Numbered from the stretch's first letter, positions 47,891 to 57,566 are shown. The stretch: DNA of 60,664 nucleotides from Chloroflexota bacterium (GCA_027623815.1 JAQBUV010000005.1:1-60664), one strand, 5' to 3'. The notes: a model not told the origin generated them from the sequence alone. Numbers and translations: made by a program.

Positions 47891-48053
47891 GGAATGTAAG
47901 TCCCCTTGCTATGATTCACCGCTCCACTTATTACACAGGCAGCTATATTAGCATGATTATGTTACATGTCCAACTACGGCCAGTAGCAAGGCGGTTACCG
48001 TTCAGTATATGTTCAGTTTCAGCCGCGCCAGCCCAATCAACCTGGCACAACGC

Positions 48054-48410
48054 TTAGACGCTGGCGAGAGCCGCTTCAATCGCCTTTATGTTGCCGCCCA
48101 CCAGCAGGCGGTCGCCCAGCTTGATCAGGGGGCGGCGCACCAGCTTGGGTTCTTGCAGCATCAGCTTGACCATCTCGTCTTCAGAAATTTCCTGACCGAC
48201 CACGCCCATTAGCTTCAAGCTGGGACTGCGCCAGGCAAACATATCCGACAATCCCACCATTGACGCCAGGCCCCGTATTTCTTCCTCGGTGAAGCGGTCT
48301 TTGAAAAAGTCCCGCTCCTCCAACTCCATACCTTTTTGTAAGAGCAACTCCCTTACTTTGCGGCAGGTGGATCAACGAGGCCAGGTGTAAAAACCTACTT
48401 TATCGCTCAT
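48054..48410 (-). CDS. ArsC/Spx-family thioredoxin-fold protein, probable selenoprotein (U13, UxxC)
   Basis: ATG 48410 reads MSDKVGFYTWPR-TGA(48374-72)-STCRKVRELL, in frame with the 48347 ORF. C-terminal EPKLVRRPL is typical of ArsC/Spx. Confidence 0.87.
48325..48371 (-). promoter_or_regulatory. Candidate bacterial SECIS element
   Basis: TCCACCT...AGG-TA-TGGA lower stem and GTAAGGG-AGTTG-CTCTTAC apical hairpin; loop starts 22 nt after UGA. Confidence 0.65.
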
Positions 48411-48497
48411 AATTACTTCCTGCTAAAATCTCTTGGCCCCATTTTAACGGCTGTTTGCATCGCAGAAAAAGACTTCAACCCCATGTAATATTCGATA

Positions 48498-51116
48498 TCA
48501 CGTAGTCTCTTTCAGGCCCTTGGCTTGCTCTTGAAGCTCATACAGCTTGTTGATCGCCTCCAGGGGAGTCAAGTTGGCGATGTCCACGCCCAACACTTCC
48601 TCAACCAGCGGCTGGGACGGGCTGAACAGGGGCATCTGCAACACCGGCGGGCCAGACCTGGAACCACGTTTCCTCGAAGATTTTTGATCTAACAATGGCT
48701 GCTCAAGGTCGGACAACACCTCCCAGGCGCGGTGGATCACCGCCGGGGGCAGCCCGGCCAGTCGGGCGACATGCACGCCGTAACTACGATCGGCCCCGCC
48801 CGGGAGTATCCGATGCAGAAACACCACATCGTTGCCCTCTTCTACCACCGCGACGTTGTAGTTGCGCACTCCCGGCAGCGTATTAGCCAACTCGGTCAAT
48901 TCATGGTAGTGGGTGGCGAACAGGGCTTTACAGCGCAGCCTGGATTCGTTGTGCAGATGCTCAATTACCGCTCTGGCAATGGACAGGCCATCGTAGGTGC
49001 TGGTGCCGCGACCAATCTCGTCGAGAATCAGCAGCGAGCGGGGCGTAGCCTGGTTCAAAATGGCGGCGGTCTCCACCATTTCGACCATGAAGGTTGACTG
49101 CCCGGTGGTCAGGTCGTCCTGCAAACCAACCCGGGTGAAGATGCGGTCAACCAGCCCGATGACAGCCTCAGCGGCAGGCACAAAGCTGCCGATCTGGGCC
49201 ATCAGGGTAATGATAGCCACCTGCCGGATGTAGGTGGACTTGCCCGCCATGTTGGGGCCGGTAAGGACAATGATCTGGGCATCGTCATTGGAGAGATAAA
49301 CGTCATTGGGGACGTAGGAGCCAGTATCCAGCACCTGCTCTACCACGGGATGACGCCCATCTTTTATGGATACGACGTTGCCCTGATTAATCTGCGGGCG
49401 CACGTAGCGGTTTCTAACCGCCACTTCGGCCAGCCCGGCGAACACGTCCACCTGAGCCACGCCCTGGGCCAGACGGCTGATGGCCCCGGCAGATTCGGCA
49501 ATTTGGACGCACACCCGTCGGTAGAGGTCTCGCTCCATCTCCTCAATCCGCTCTCGGGCGGACAACACCAGCGACTCATACTCTTTCAACTCAGGCACCA
49601 TGTACCGCTGCCCGTTGGTCAGGGTCTGACGCCGGATATAATCTTCCGGCACCTGGGCCAGATTCGCGTTGCTGACTTCTATGTAGTAGCCAAAGACATG
49701 GTTGTAGCCAACTTTCAGATTCTTGATTCCGGTGCGTTCCCGCTCCCGCTGCTCCAGTCCAGCTATGAACCCTCGGGCGTCGCTGGAAGCTGATTTCAAA
49801 TGGTCTAGCTCGGCGGAAAATCCTGGGCGGAGGACGCCGCCCTCACCAACGCTGCCGGAGGGTTCAGGAGCAATGGAGTCGCCAATTAAAGCAACCACCT
49901 CTGGTATGGGCACCAACTCTTGCCCCAACCAGGACAACGAGCCGCCCTCGCAGCCCTTGCATTGCTCAGCCAAGACCGCCGACGCCTCTATTCCAGACTT
50001 CAGGGCCAGCAATTCCCGGGGAGCGGCTGTCCCCGCTTGAACCCGGCCGCAGACGCGCTCCAGATCGACAATCTTGGCTAGAGTATCCAGAGCAGTGCGT
50101 CGTTGGAAGGCATCCTGATGGAAAAATCCCACTGCGTCCAAACGACGGCTCAGTTGTGCCAGGTCCAGCAATGGCTGAGCCAACCAGCGGCGCAGCAATC
50201 TAGCGCCCATCGGGGTCTTGGTTTGGTCCAGCGTGGCCAGTAAAGATAGCTGGCTACTGCCCCCCCGTCCTGCTTGGAACAGCTCGAGATTGCGTCGGGT
50301 CGGGGCGTCCAGCGTCATGTAGGCGGCGGTGGAATAAGTGCTCAGCGGCCCTAGCTGAGGCTTGGCAGTCTTGTAGGTACGACCCAAATAATCAATGACG
50401 GCCCCGGCGGCCCGTACCGCCAAAGGCAGGGCCTCACAGCCAAAGGACTCCAAAGACAGGATTTGATATTGCTCAAGTAGGGCATCCCTACACACGTTAA
50501 GGTCAAAGGAGGCCGCGATTACTGGAGTGACATGGCGGCCCTCACCAACCGTTTGATCTACTGAGGACAATGCCAGCCCTTGATTGTCAGTCATCGAGGC
50601 ATCGGGCACCAGGACTTCTGCCGGTGAAACGCGCTCCAATTCCAACGATAGCCGGTCAGTGGGTAGTTGAGTAGTGGCAAACTCGCCGGTGGTTATGTCA
50701 ACGTAGGCCAGTCCAGCGGTGTCACCATCCTCGATGACTGCCGCCAGGTAATTGTTGGTCTTTTGCTCCAGCAGCCCCGACTCCACCACCGTGCCGGGAG
50801 TGACCACCCGCACCACATCTCGTTCCACCAGCCCCTTGGAAGCCGCCGGGTCGCTGAGCTGCTCACAAATGGCGACTTTGTGGCCCTTCTTGATGAGCCT
50901 GGCTAAATAGGACTCCAGAGCATGCGCCGGGACTCCCGCCATTGGCACTTTGAGGTCTTTGCCCATGCTGCGGGAGGTGAGGGTAATTTCCAATTCCCGC
51001 GCTGCCAACTGAGCGTCATCGTCGAAGGTCTCGTAAAAATCACCCAGGCGAAACAATACTATGGCGTCAGGGTATGAATGCTTGATTTTCAGATACTGGC
51101 GGCGTACCGGTGTCAC
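48498..51116 (-). CDS. mutS: DNA mismatch repair protein MutS
   Basis: FRLGDFYETF, TGPNMAGKSTY, STFMVEM, DEIGRGTSTYDG, FATHYHEL, SYGVHVARLAG. Confidence 0.98.
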   Translation of the reverse strand: MTPVRRQYLKIKHSYPDAIVLFRLGDFYETFDDDAQLAARELEITLTSRSMGKDLKVPMAGVPAHALESYLARLIKKGHKVAICEQLSDPAASKGLVERDVVRVVTPGTVVESGLLEQKTNNYLAAVIEDGDTAGLAYVDITTGEFATTQLPTDRLSLELERVSPAEVLVPDASMTDNQGLALSSVDQTVGEGRHVTPVIAASFDLNVCRDALLEQYQILSLESFGCEALPLAVRAAGAVIDYLGRTYKTAKPQLGPLSTYSTAAYMTLDAPTRRNLELFQAGRGGSSQLSLLATLDQTKTPMGARLLRRWLAQPLLDLAQLSRRLDAVGFFHQDAFQRRTALDTLAKIVDLERVCGRVQAGTAAPRELLALKSGIEASAVLAEQCKGCEGGSLSWLGQELVPIPEVVALIGDSIAPEPSGSVGEGGVLRPGFSAELDHLKSASSDARGFIAGLEQRERERTGIKNLKVGYNHVFGYYIEVSNANLAQVPEDYIRRQTLTNGQRYMVPELKEYESLVLSARERIEEMERDLYRRVCVQIAESAGAISRLAQGVAQVDVFAGLAEVAVRNRYVRPQINQGNVVSIKDGRHPVVEQVLDTGSYVPNDVYLSNDDAQIIVLTGPNMAGKSTYIRQVAIITLMAQIGSFVPAAEAVIGLVDRIFTRVGLQDDLTTGQSTFMVEMVETAAILNQATPRSLLILDEIGRGTSTYDGLSIARAVIEHLHNESRLRCKALFATHYHELTELANTLPGVRNYNVAVVEEGNDVVFLHRILPGGADRSYGVHVARLAGLPPAVIHRAWEVLSDLEQPLLDQKSSRKRGSRSGPPVLQMPLFSPSQPLVEEVLGVDIANLTPLEAINKLYELQEQAKGLKETT

Positions 51117-51220
51117 TGCGACCTTACCGTTGGGGGTAGAATCACCTCCATTCTACTCTACATCCATCGCCATAATAAACGACCGCTACGACACCCTGCT
51201 GCGATTATGAATTGAGCATA

Positions 51221-51247
51221 GAAAAGGGGCACGGTTGTCGTGCCCCT
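51221..51247 (-). terminator. Rho-independent terminator after fpr
   Basis: AGGGGCACG/CGTGCCCCT 9-bp stem followed by TTTC on the minus strand. Confidence 0.7.
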
Positions 51248-51282
51248 ATAGTTTCAATCTATTCTATTGCGATGATGAATTT

Positions 51283-52047
51283 CTACTCTTTCCAGAAGCG
51301 TTCCTCGATGAAGTTCCATCCAGCCAAGGCCGCCTTTTCTTTAACGTCGGCGATCATACCGGGATGACCGCAGGCATAAATCATGGTGTCTTCTTTAGGT
51401 AGGTTGAACCTACCCAAGTAGCTCTCAAATATGGCATTGACACGGCCCTTGGCACCAGTCCAGCCTACGTTGCGATCCTCGTCGGGACGGCTGCAGGCGG
51501 GTACAAACTTGACCGTATTCGGATACTTGACCGCCAATGAGGACAGCTCCCGGTCATAGGTCAACTCATCCTGGTAGCTGGCGCCCAGCAGGACGTAGAA
51601 GGTGTGCCCTTCCCGGCGCTCGTGCAGGTAATGGCGGATCATACTAATGCTTGGGGCGACTCCGGTTACCGTCGACAGCATCATATGATGATGGAAATTA
51701 TCCTTGAAGGTGAATACCCCTTTCGCGCGGGGACGGATGGACATGGTATCGCCGACCTTGAGCCGCCACATCTTGGGAGTCAGCCCTCCTTCGGGCACCA
51801 GTTCCACGAACACCTCCAAGAAGTCCTCATGCGGTGCTGACGCGATGGAATAGGCGCGTTCCACGCCCTCCTTACCCAGAGTGCAGTACTGGCCCGGCTT
51901 AAAATCGAAAACGCCGCCCTCTGGCACCAATTTGATTACCATCAAGTCATCGGTGACGTCCCGGCGTTCCACCAATTTGGCGCGGGGCAAACTGGCCAGC
52001 TTGCCTTCCCCTGACTCAACTTTTGATTCAACTTTAAGATTGGTCAT
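51283..52047 (-). CDS. fpr: Ferredoxin/flavodoxin-NADP+ reductase (bacterial Fpr type)
   Basis: FKPGQY, RAYSIAS, GGLTP, TVTGVAP, YACGHPGMI, C-terminal EERFW. Confidence 0.85.
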   Translation of the reverse strand: MTNLKVESKVESGEGKLASLPRAKLVERRDVTDDLMVIKLVPEGGVFDFKPGQYCTLGKEGVERAYSIASAPHEDFLEVFVELVPEGGLTPKMWRLKVGDTMSIRPRAKGVFTFKDNFHHHMMLSTVTGVAPSISMIRHYLHERREGHTFYVLLGASYQDELTYDRELSSLAVKYPNTVKFVPACSRPDEDRNVGWTGAKGRVNAIFESYLGRFNLPKEDTMIYACGHPGMIADVKEKAALAGWNFIEERFWKE

Positions 52048-52230
52048 TTTCTTCCCTGATAATTAAATTTTACTGTAGATTCGCTAACTGGTATCTGCTC
52101 CCTGCCTGCCCCCGGAGGCTGTTCAGGGTTTAATCACTAATTAATATGCTGACCGACACTAGATTAATTCGAAAGGGGGTAGACACCCAATTCTATTTCC
52201 CGCCTGCCGTACAAATTTTGCGCCTCATTG

Positions 52231-55083
52231 CTACGCGCTGCTGAGGGCCGAAACTTTGGCGATTCTTGCCGATAGAATCTCCAAGCCGGGCGCTTTAGAC
52301 ATGGGATTCTTTTCCTCGCTGGACTGCAGCTCTACGGCCAACTGGCCGAAGAGCGTGGTAACACTGATCACGCCGGGCGGGATTGAAGGGTCCAACCGGG
52401 CTAAACCAGACCAAGTCCCCCGGGGCGTCACTACTTCTACTGGATCACCGTCTTTGATTAGCTCGTTTTCCGCGTAACTGGGATGCAAAGACACCAGTTC
52501 ATCCCGCACCAGCCGGTTCAACTTGCCCGTCACCACGGTGGTTTCCCGGTCGGTCTGCAACAATACCCGGCCGGGGACAAACCAGCCGGAGTATTCCGAA
52601 TCCAGGTGAGGCTCGGGAGCTTGAAACACGGGAGTTATCGGATCGGCTTTACCGTTAGGAAAACCATTTTGATACAAGATCGGCGTGGCGGATGGATCAT
52701 CAGCGGTACATGGCCATTGGATGCCTCGACGTTCCTTGCCAGAGTAAAGCACTTGGGTCGGTTTGGGCATCTCCAAGCCGCTCCGAAACACGGTAGAAAC
52801 CTGGGATTCCAGCAGTGGGTAGGACACGCCAGAGTATATTGGACAGACCGACGCTATCTCATCCATGATCGCATAGGCAGCGGGATAGTCGAACCCGCTA
52901 TACCCCATCCGGCGGGCGAGTTCGCCGAACACCCATTGTTCGGGTTGAGCGCCACCACTCTTCGACTGGATGCTGGGCTTCACCCTTTGGATTCGCCGCT
53001 CCAGGCTGGTATAGGTACCGTCCTTTTCCGCGAAGGTAGACCGGGGCAGCACCACGTCCGCAACCTGGGCCAGCTGTCCCCAAAAGGTATCCTGCACCAC
53101 CAGAAAGTCCAGGTTCTGGAGGGCCGCCAAGCCATCACCCAATCTCCCATTGGTAAAGTTAGGGCTGTCGCCAATGATCAGCATGGACTTGATCTGGCCG
53201 TCCCGCGCGGCATTGATGGCATCAGCAACGCCCAACCCCTGGGAAACTGAAATTGTACAATTCCAGGATCTTTCCAACGCCTTCACCACCGTCGCGTCTC
53301 TCAACGAGAGGTTCCCGGGCAAACGGTTCGGCACGCATCCCACGTCGGAGGCTCCCTGCTCGTTCATCCCCGACCGCATCGGGAAAATCCCGGCGCCGGG
53401 CTTGCCAATGTTGCCAGTAAGGAGGGCCAAGTTTACCAGGGACAGCACGCAGTCCCGCTGTAACTCACCAGGGAGGTTATCCAAGGCGTAGACCACTGCT
53501 CCGCCGTCTGCTTGGGCGAAGATACGGGCAGCCTCGGCGATGGCTTCCTCCGATACGTGGGTGACCCGGGTCACGTGGTCCATATCTATGGAGTTAAGGG
53601 TATAGTGCAGGGTGGCCGGTTCCTCGCAGTTTTCATCCATCCACTCGGTTTGCTCCAGGCCCTGGTCTACCACCGCTTTGAGGATGCCGCCCAGCAGCAG
53701 CAACTCGGTTCCAGGCACGGGACGCAGCCAAGAATCGGCGTAGCGAGTCAGTTCGACTTCGCGGGGATCAATCACGATCAGCTTGGCGCCACGCTGTGCG
53801 GCCTTCTTGATGGGCACGCCCACCACGTTTTGATCTTCGGTCAAGTTGGAGTTGAAAACCAAAATACAGCCTGCATGCTCCAGTTCCCAGATGGAGTTGG
53901 TGGCGGCGGCATACCCCAATGCTCGTTCCAGTCCCACCGTAAGCTCCGGCTGGATGTTTGAGGTCTGGTCAACGTTATTGGTACCCATCACCACCCGGGC
54001 GAATTTCTGCGCCAGGTACAGTTCCTCGTTGGTGCTGTTGGGTGATGCCAGTAGCGCGAAGGCATCACCTTTGAACTCCGGCAGGCGGCCAGCGATTACG
54101 TTTAACGCCTCGTCCCAGGTGGCCTCCTCCAATTGCCCATTGCGACGGACTAATGGCTGCTCGAGCCTGGCCGAGTCGTTCAGGAATTCCAGGCCAAACT
54201 TGCCTTTGAAGCAGGCTTGACCGTGGTTGGAAGGCGAATTTAACTCCGGCACAGCGCGAATCATCTTACCGGCACCATTGAATTCCAGATTAAGCTGACA
54301 ACCCACCGGGCAATGGGGGCAGATAACCTGCTCGACCCGTCGAGCCTTCTCCCACTTATGTTCCCTTTCCACCAGGGCGCCCACGGGACACACATCAATA
54401 CAGGCGCCGCAAAACTCGCAGCCGGATTCCAGCAACGAATCGCCAAAGGATGTCCCAATCAACGCCCGACCGGAGCGGTCGGTAAAGCAGAGCGCGGAAT
54501 TGCCGCGCACCTCTTCACAGACTCGGACGCAACGCCCGCAGGTAATGCACAGGTTCAAGTCCCGGTCGTAGAAAGGGTCGCTGACCTCCAGAGGAATCTG
54601 GCGGTATTTGTACTCCAGCGGAGATTCCAGCTCCATGCCCAGATAACGGACAGTGTCTTTGAACTCGCATCGTTCGTTTTTTGGGCAGGTGATACAGCGG
54701 TCATTGACCGAAACATGGCGGAGGCAGACATCGCTGGGGCCGCAGATATCGACACGATGGCAGGTCAAGCATCCATTGGGATGTTCCGCTATGAGCATCT
54801 CCATCACCGAGCGGCGCAGTTCGTTGACTTCATGGGACTCACTGCGGATTTTCATCCCGTCGGCCACCGGCAGCGTGCAGGACGCCGGGAAGCCCCGGCC
54901 ACCCTCCACCGACACCACACACATGCGGCAGGCAGCGAAGGGCTTCATGCCGGAGTGGTAGCACAGATACGGAATATAGATACCGGCTTCAATGGCGGCT
55001 TCCAGCACCATCTTGCCGGGCTGAGTCTTGATATCCACGCCATCAATGGCGATGGTTATATCGGTGGTAATATTTTCTGCCAT
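52231..55083 (-). CDS. NuoG/FdhA-like Fe-S protein with a molybdopterin-oxidoreductase fold, lacking the FDH Mo-ligand Cys/Sec-His
   Basis: N-terminal 2Fe-2S (LCYH...ACRMC...SC), HxxxCxxC, two CxxCxxCxxxC motifs and CPHCPVGC...CFKG. NNVDQTSNIQ replaces NNxDxCARxC/UH. Confidence 0.85.
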   Translation of the reverse strand: MAENITTDITIAIDGVDIKTQPGKMVLEAAIEAGIYIPYLCYHSGMKPFAACRMCVVSVEGGRGFPASCTLPVADGMKIRSESHEVNELRRSVMEMLIAEHPNGCLTCHRVDICGPSDVCLRHVSVNDRCITCPKNERCEFKDTVRYLGMELESPLEYKYRQIPLEVSDPFYDRDLNLCITCGRCVRVCEEVRGNSALCFTDRSGRALIGTSFGDSLLESGCEFCGACIDVCPVGALVEREHKWEKARRVEQVICPHCPVGCQLNLEFNGAGKMIRAVPELNSPSNHGQACFKGKFGLEFLNDSARLEQPLVRRNGQLEEATWDEALNVIAGRLPEFKGDAFALLASPNSTNEELYLAQKFARVVMGTNNVDQTSNIQPELTVGLERALGYAAATNSIWELEHAGCILVFNSNLTEDQNVVGVPIKKAAQRGAKLIVIDPREVELTRYADSWLRPVPGTELLLLGGILKAVVDQGLEQTEWMDENCEEPATLHYTLNSIDMDHVTRVTHVSEEAIAEAARIFAQADGGAVVYALDNLPGELQRDCVLSLVNLALLTGNIGKPGAGIFPMRSGMNEQGASDVGCVPNRLPGNLSLRDATVVKALERSWNCTISVSQGLGVADAINAARDGQIKSMLIIGDSPNFTNGRLGDGLAALQNLDFLVVQDTFWGQLAQVADVVLPRSTFAEKDGTYTSLERRIQRVKPSIQSKSGGAQPEQWVFGELARRMGYSGFDYPAAYAIMDEIASVCPIYSGVSYPLLESQVSTVFRSGLEMPKPTQVLYSGKERRGIQWPCTADDPSATPILYQNGFPNGKADPITPVFQAPEPHLDSEYSGWFVPGRVLLQTDRETTVVTGKLNRLVRDELVSLHPSYAENELIKDGDPVEVVTPRGTWSGLARLDPSIPPGVISVTTLFGQLAVELQSSEEKNPMSKAPGLEILSARIAKVSALSSA

Positions 55084-55097
55084 ACTTGCCCGCCTCA

Positions 55098-55240
55098 GAC
55101 CCTATATCAAAACGTGGTTCGACAAGTCTGTCCCGAGCTTGCCGAAGGACTGGCCACGAACGGTGGCGAACCCGTCATCCGCTCATCCTGAGCTTGTCGA
55201 AGGATAACCTGTGTCAATCACCAAAGTTTTGAATAGCCAA
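55098..55240. mobile_element. Second, inverted and degenerate copy of the REP-carrying MITE
   Basis: 55177-55205 is the exact reverse complement of 28548-28576 (29 bp). Ends are GACCCTATATCAAAAC and GTTTTGAATAG. It has an extra nested CTGTCCCGAGCTTGCCGAAGGA unit. Confidence 0.65.
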
Positions 55241-55266
55241 TTATTACTCAGGAGCGACCCTGAATT

Positions 55267-56973
55267 TTACCTTCTGGTTAGCTTTGGTGAAAATTTCACG
55301 CCGAGGCACGCCCCAGTGGGGCAGCGTCGCTCTAGAACATGAGCGTCAAACTCAGGGCCAAAATACTTGATGGCCGAAGAAACCGGGTTGAACCCCAGTT
55401 GACCGTGGCCGCACAACGACCCGGCTTGCATGTTCAAACCAACGCTGCGCATTAACTCCAGGTCGCCGCGCTCGCCCTCCAAACGGCAGATGCGCTCCAG
55501 AACTTCCAGCAAATGGCTCATTCCCATTCGGCAGGGGAAGCACTTGCCGCAAGATTCGTACTGGCAGAAGGCGATCAAGGCCCGGGTCAGATCGACTATG
55601 CAGGTGTCTTCATCCGCCGCTATAATGCCGCCAGAACCCAGGATTGCCCCGGCCTCCCGGAAAACTTCAAAGTCCAGGGCCAGGTCCATATTGTCGACCC
55701 CCAACACGCCCCCCAGCGGCCCACCAGTCTGCACCAGTTTCAGATCCTTACCGCCTTTGATTCCGCCAGCGATTTCATAAAGCACTTGGTTCAGATTTAG
55801 GCCCATGGGAACTTCCACCATGCCGGTGTAGTTCAGCGGGCCAGACAGACACAGAATGGCCGTGCCAGTGCTGCGTCCGTGGCCAATACCGGCGAACCAT
55901 GCTCCGCCTTTGGCCACAATCTCCGGCACATAGGCCAAAGTCTTGACGTTATTAATGTTGGTCGGTTTGCCAAAGAGACCCACCTGGGCTGGAAAAGGCG
56001 GTCGGTATCGGGGCATAGACCGCTTGCCTTCAATGGCCTCCATCAGAGCAGTCTCTTCACCAGAGACATAAGAGTCTCCGGTAAGAGCGACTTCCAGGTC
56101 GAAGCTGTAATCGCTGCCCAGGATGTTCTGGCCGAGCAAACCCAATTCATAAGCCTGCTCCACCGCGCCCCGAGCACGATCTACCGGGCCGTCGTGGCCG
56201 TGGCGGACGAATATATACCCGTTGCTGGCTCCGGTGGCATAGCCAGCCAAGATGATGCCCTCAACCACCGTATGGGGATCGCTTTCCAGAATGCCCTTGT
56301 CGTTGAAGGCTCCCGGGTCGCCTTCCTCACAGTTGCACAGTACATACTTGACCGGCTCTTTGGAGCCAGCCAGGAAGTTCCACTTGGTGCCGGTAGCAAA
56401 GGCCGCTCCCCCTCGCCCCCGCAGACCGGATGCGTTAACTTGCTCCAGCATTTCCTGGGCGGTCATTTCGGTCAGCGACTGGTTAAGGGCCTGATAACCG
56501 CCATTGGCGATGTACTGATAGATGTCACCCGGATCAATGTTACCGGCGTTACGCAGAGCAATGCGCGTCTCACTGGCTTTCATTGGGTGAGCACTCAGCG
56601 CGGGAATGCCGTCGATGCTGCTTTCGCCAATGTATCCCAGAGCCAAGTGAGCCACCGGGGTTCCCAAGACAACATGGGAGGCGACTATCTCCTCGGCAGT
56701 CTCTGGCGTTACGTCACGGTAGATGACCCGGGAGCCGCCGGGCAGTTGCACATCGACCAGGGGCTCAGCAAAACAAGGGCCTAAGCAGCCAACTTCGCTG
56801 ATTTGAGCGGCCACACCATGACGCTGCAAGGATGACTCCAGCGCGACCAGAACGGCATCGGAGCCCGCTGCTTTGCCGCAGAGGGCCGCGCCGACTCTAA
56901 TCCAGGGAGTCTCCCCTTCGGTTAGCGACTTCCAGCGGCGGTCGGCCTCGGCGGCTAGCTCGACGAAACTCAT
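55267..56973 (-). CDS. nuoF: NuoF/HydB-like NADH-binding FMN subunit with an N-terminal thioredoxin-like 2Fe-2S domain
   Basis: SGLRGRGGAAF, NCEEGDPGAFND, GEETALMEAIEG, GGPLGG, ESCGKCFPCR, SLCGHGQ. Confidence 0.88.
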   Translation of the reverse strand: MSFVELAAEADRRWKSLTEGETPWIRVGAALCGKAAGSDAVLVALESSLQRHGVAAQISEVGCLGPCFAEPLVDVQLPGGSRVIYRDVTPETAEEIVASHVVLGTPVAHLALGYIGESSIDGIPALSAHPMKASETRIALRNAGNIDPGDIYQYIANGGYQALNQSLTEMTAQEMLEQVNASGLRGRGGAAFATGTKWNFLAGSKEPVKYVLCNCEEGDPGAFNDKGILESDPHTVVEGIILAGYATGASNGYIFVRHGHDGPVDRARGAVEQAYELGLLGQNILGSDYSFDLEVALTGDSYVSGEETALMEAIEGKRSMPRYRPPFPAQVGLFGKPTNINNVKTLAYVPEIVAKGGAWFAGIGHGRSTGTAILCLSGPLNYTGMVEVPMGLNLNQVLYEIAGGIKGGKDLKLVQTGGPLGGVLGVDNMDLALDFEVFREAGAILGSGGIIAADEDTCIVDLTRALIAFCQYESCGKCFPCRMGMSHLLEVLERICRLEGERGDLELMRSVGLNMQAGSLCGHGQLGFNPVSSAIKYFGPEFDAHVLERRCPTGACLGVKFSPKLTRR

Positions 56974-57036
56974 AACCGCCTGCGCGAACCGAGCATGAAC
57001 ATTCCATTGGGTTGGTATCGAAATAGTCGCGGCACT

Positions 57037-57528
57037 TCAGTTGCCACCTTGGCCGTGAGGGCTGGGGCTGGCAAGGAGTGCGGTTACGGCGGCCCGCACT
57101 TTCTCCGGGGACTGCCGCCCCATTAGATTATGATCGGCGGATATGACCGGAGCCTGAGCGCAGGCACCCAGACAGGTGTTGTAGCGCAAAGAGAGTTTTC
57201 CATCTGAAGTATCACCCTCGCCTTCAACCCCGACCTGATCCAACGCGGCGGCAATAACCGCCATCGCCCCCATCAAATGGCAAGAGGGCCCCCAGCAAAG
57301 CTCTAGCTGGTGCTCACAGGGAGGGTCGAACCTGAAGTTGGGGTAAAAAGACGCTACCGCCCAGACGTCGTTGATGGTGGTGCCGGTGAGGTCGGCGACT
57401 TCTTCCACCGCGTCTTTCGGAATGTAACCAATGGCGTCCTCCACTGCCAGCAGTGAGGAAAGAACGGTAACGGTAGGTTGCGGCTGGTTGTGGATAGCGG
57501 CGGTTATCCTTTGCTTGAGTCCATCCAT
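57037..57528 (-). CDS. nuoE: NuoE-like 2Fe-2S subunit
   Basis: VASFYPNF, CWGPSC, CLGACAQAP. Confidence 0.9.
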   Translation of the reverse strand: MDGLKQRITAAIHNQPQPTVTVLSSLLAVEDAIGYIPKDAVEEVADLTGTTINDVWAVASFYPNFRFDPPCEHQLELCWGPSCHLMGAMAVIAAALDQVGVEGEGDTSDGKLSLRYNTCLGACAQAPVISADHNLMGRQSPEKVRAAVTALLASPSPHGQGGN

Positions 57529-57566
57529 AACACGCGCACTCAGCTACTCCACAGCAAATTATCGGT

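Noticed and set aside
52231-55083. Formate dehydrogenase alpha subunit or FeFe hydrogenase
   Set aside because: No Cys/Sec-His active-site motif, no in-frame TGA and no H-cluster motifs
28548-55205. CRISPR repeats (29-bp exact match)
   Set aside because: Only two copies, 26 kb apart and inverted, with no spacers or cas genes; better explained as REP/MITE
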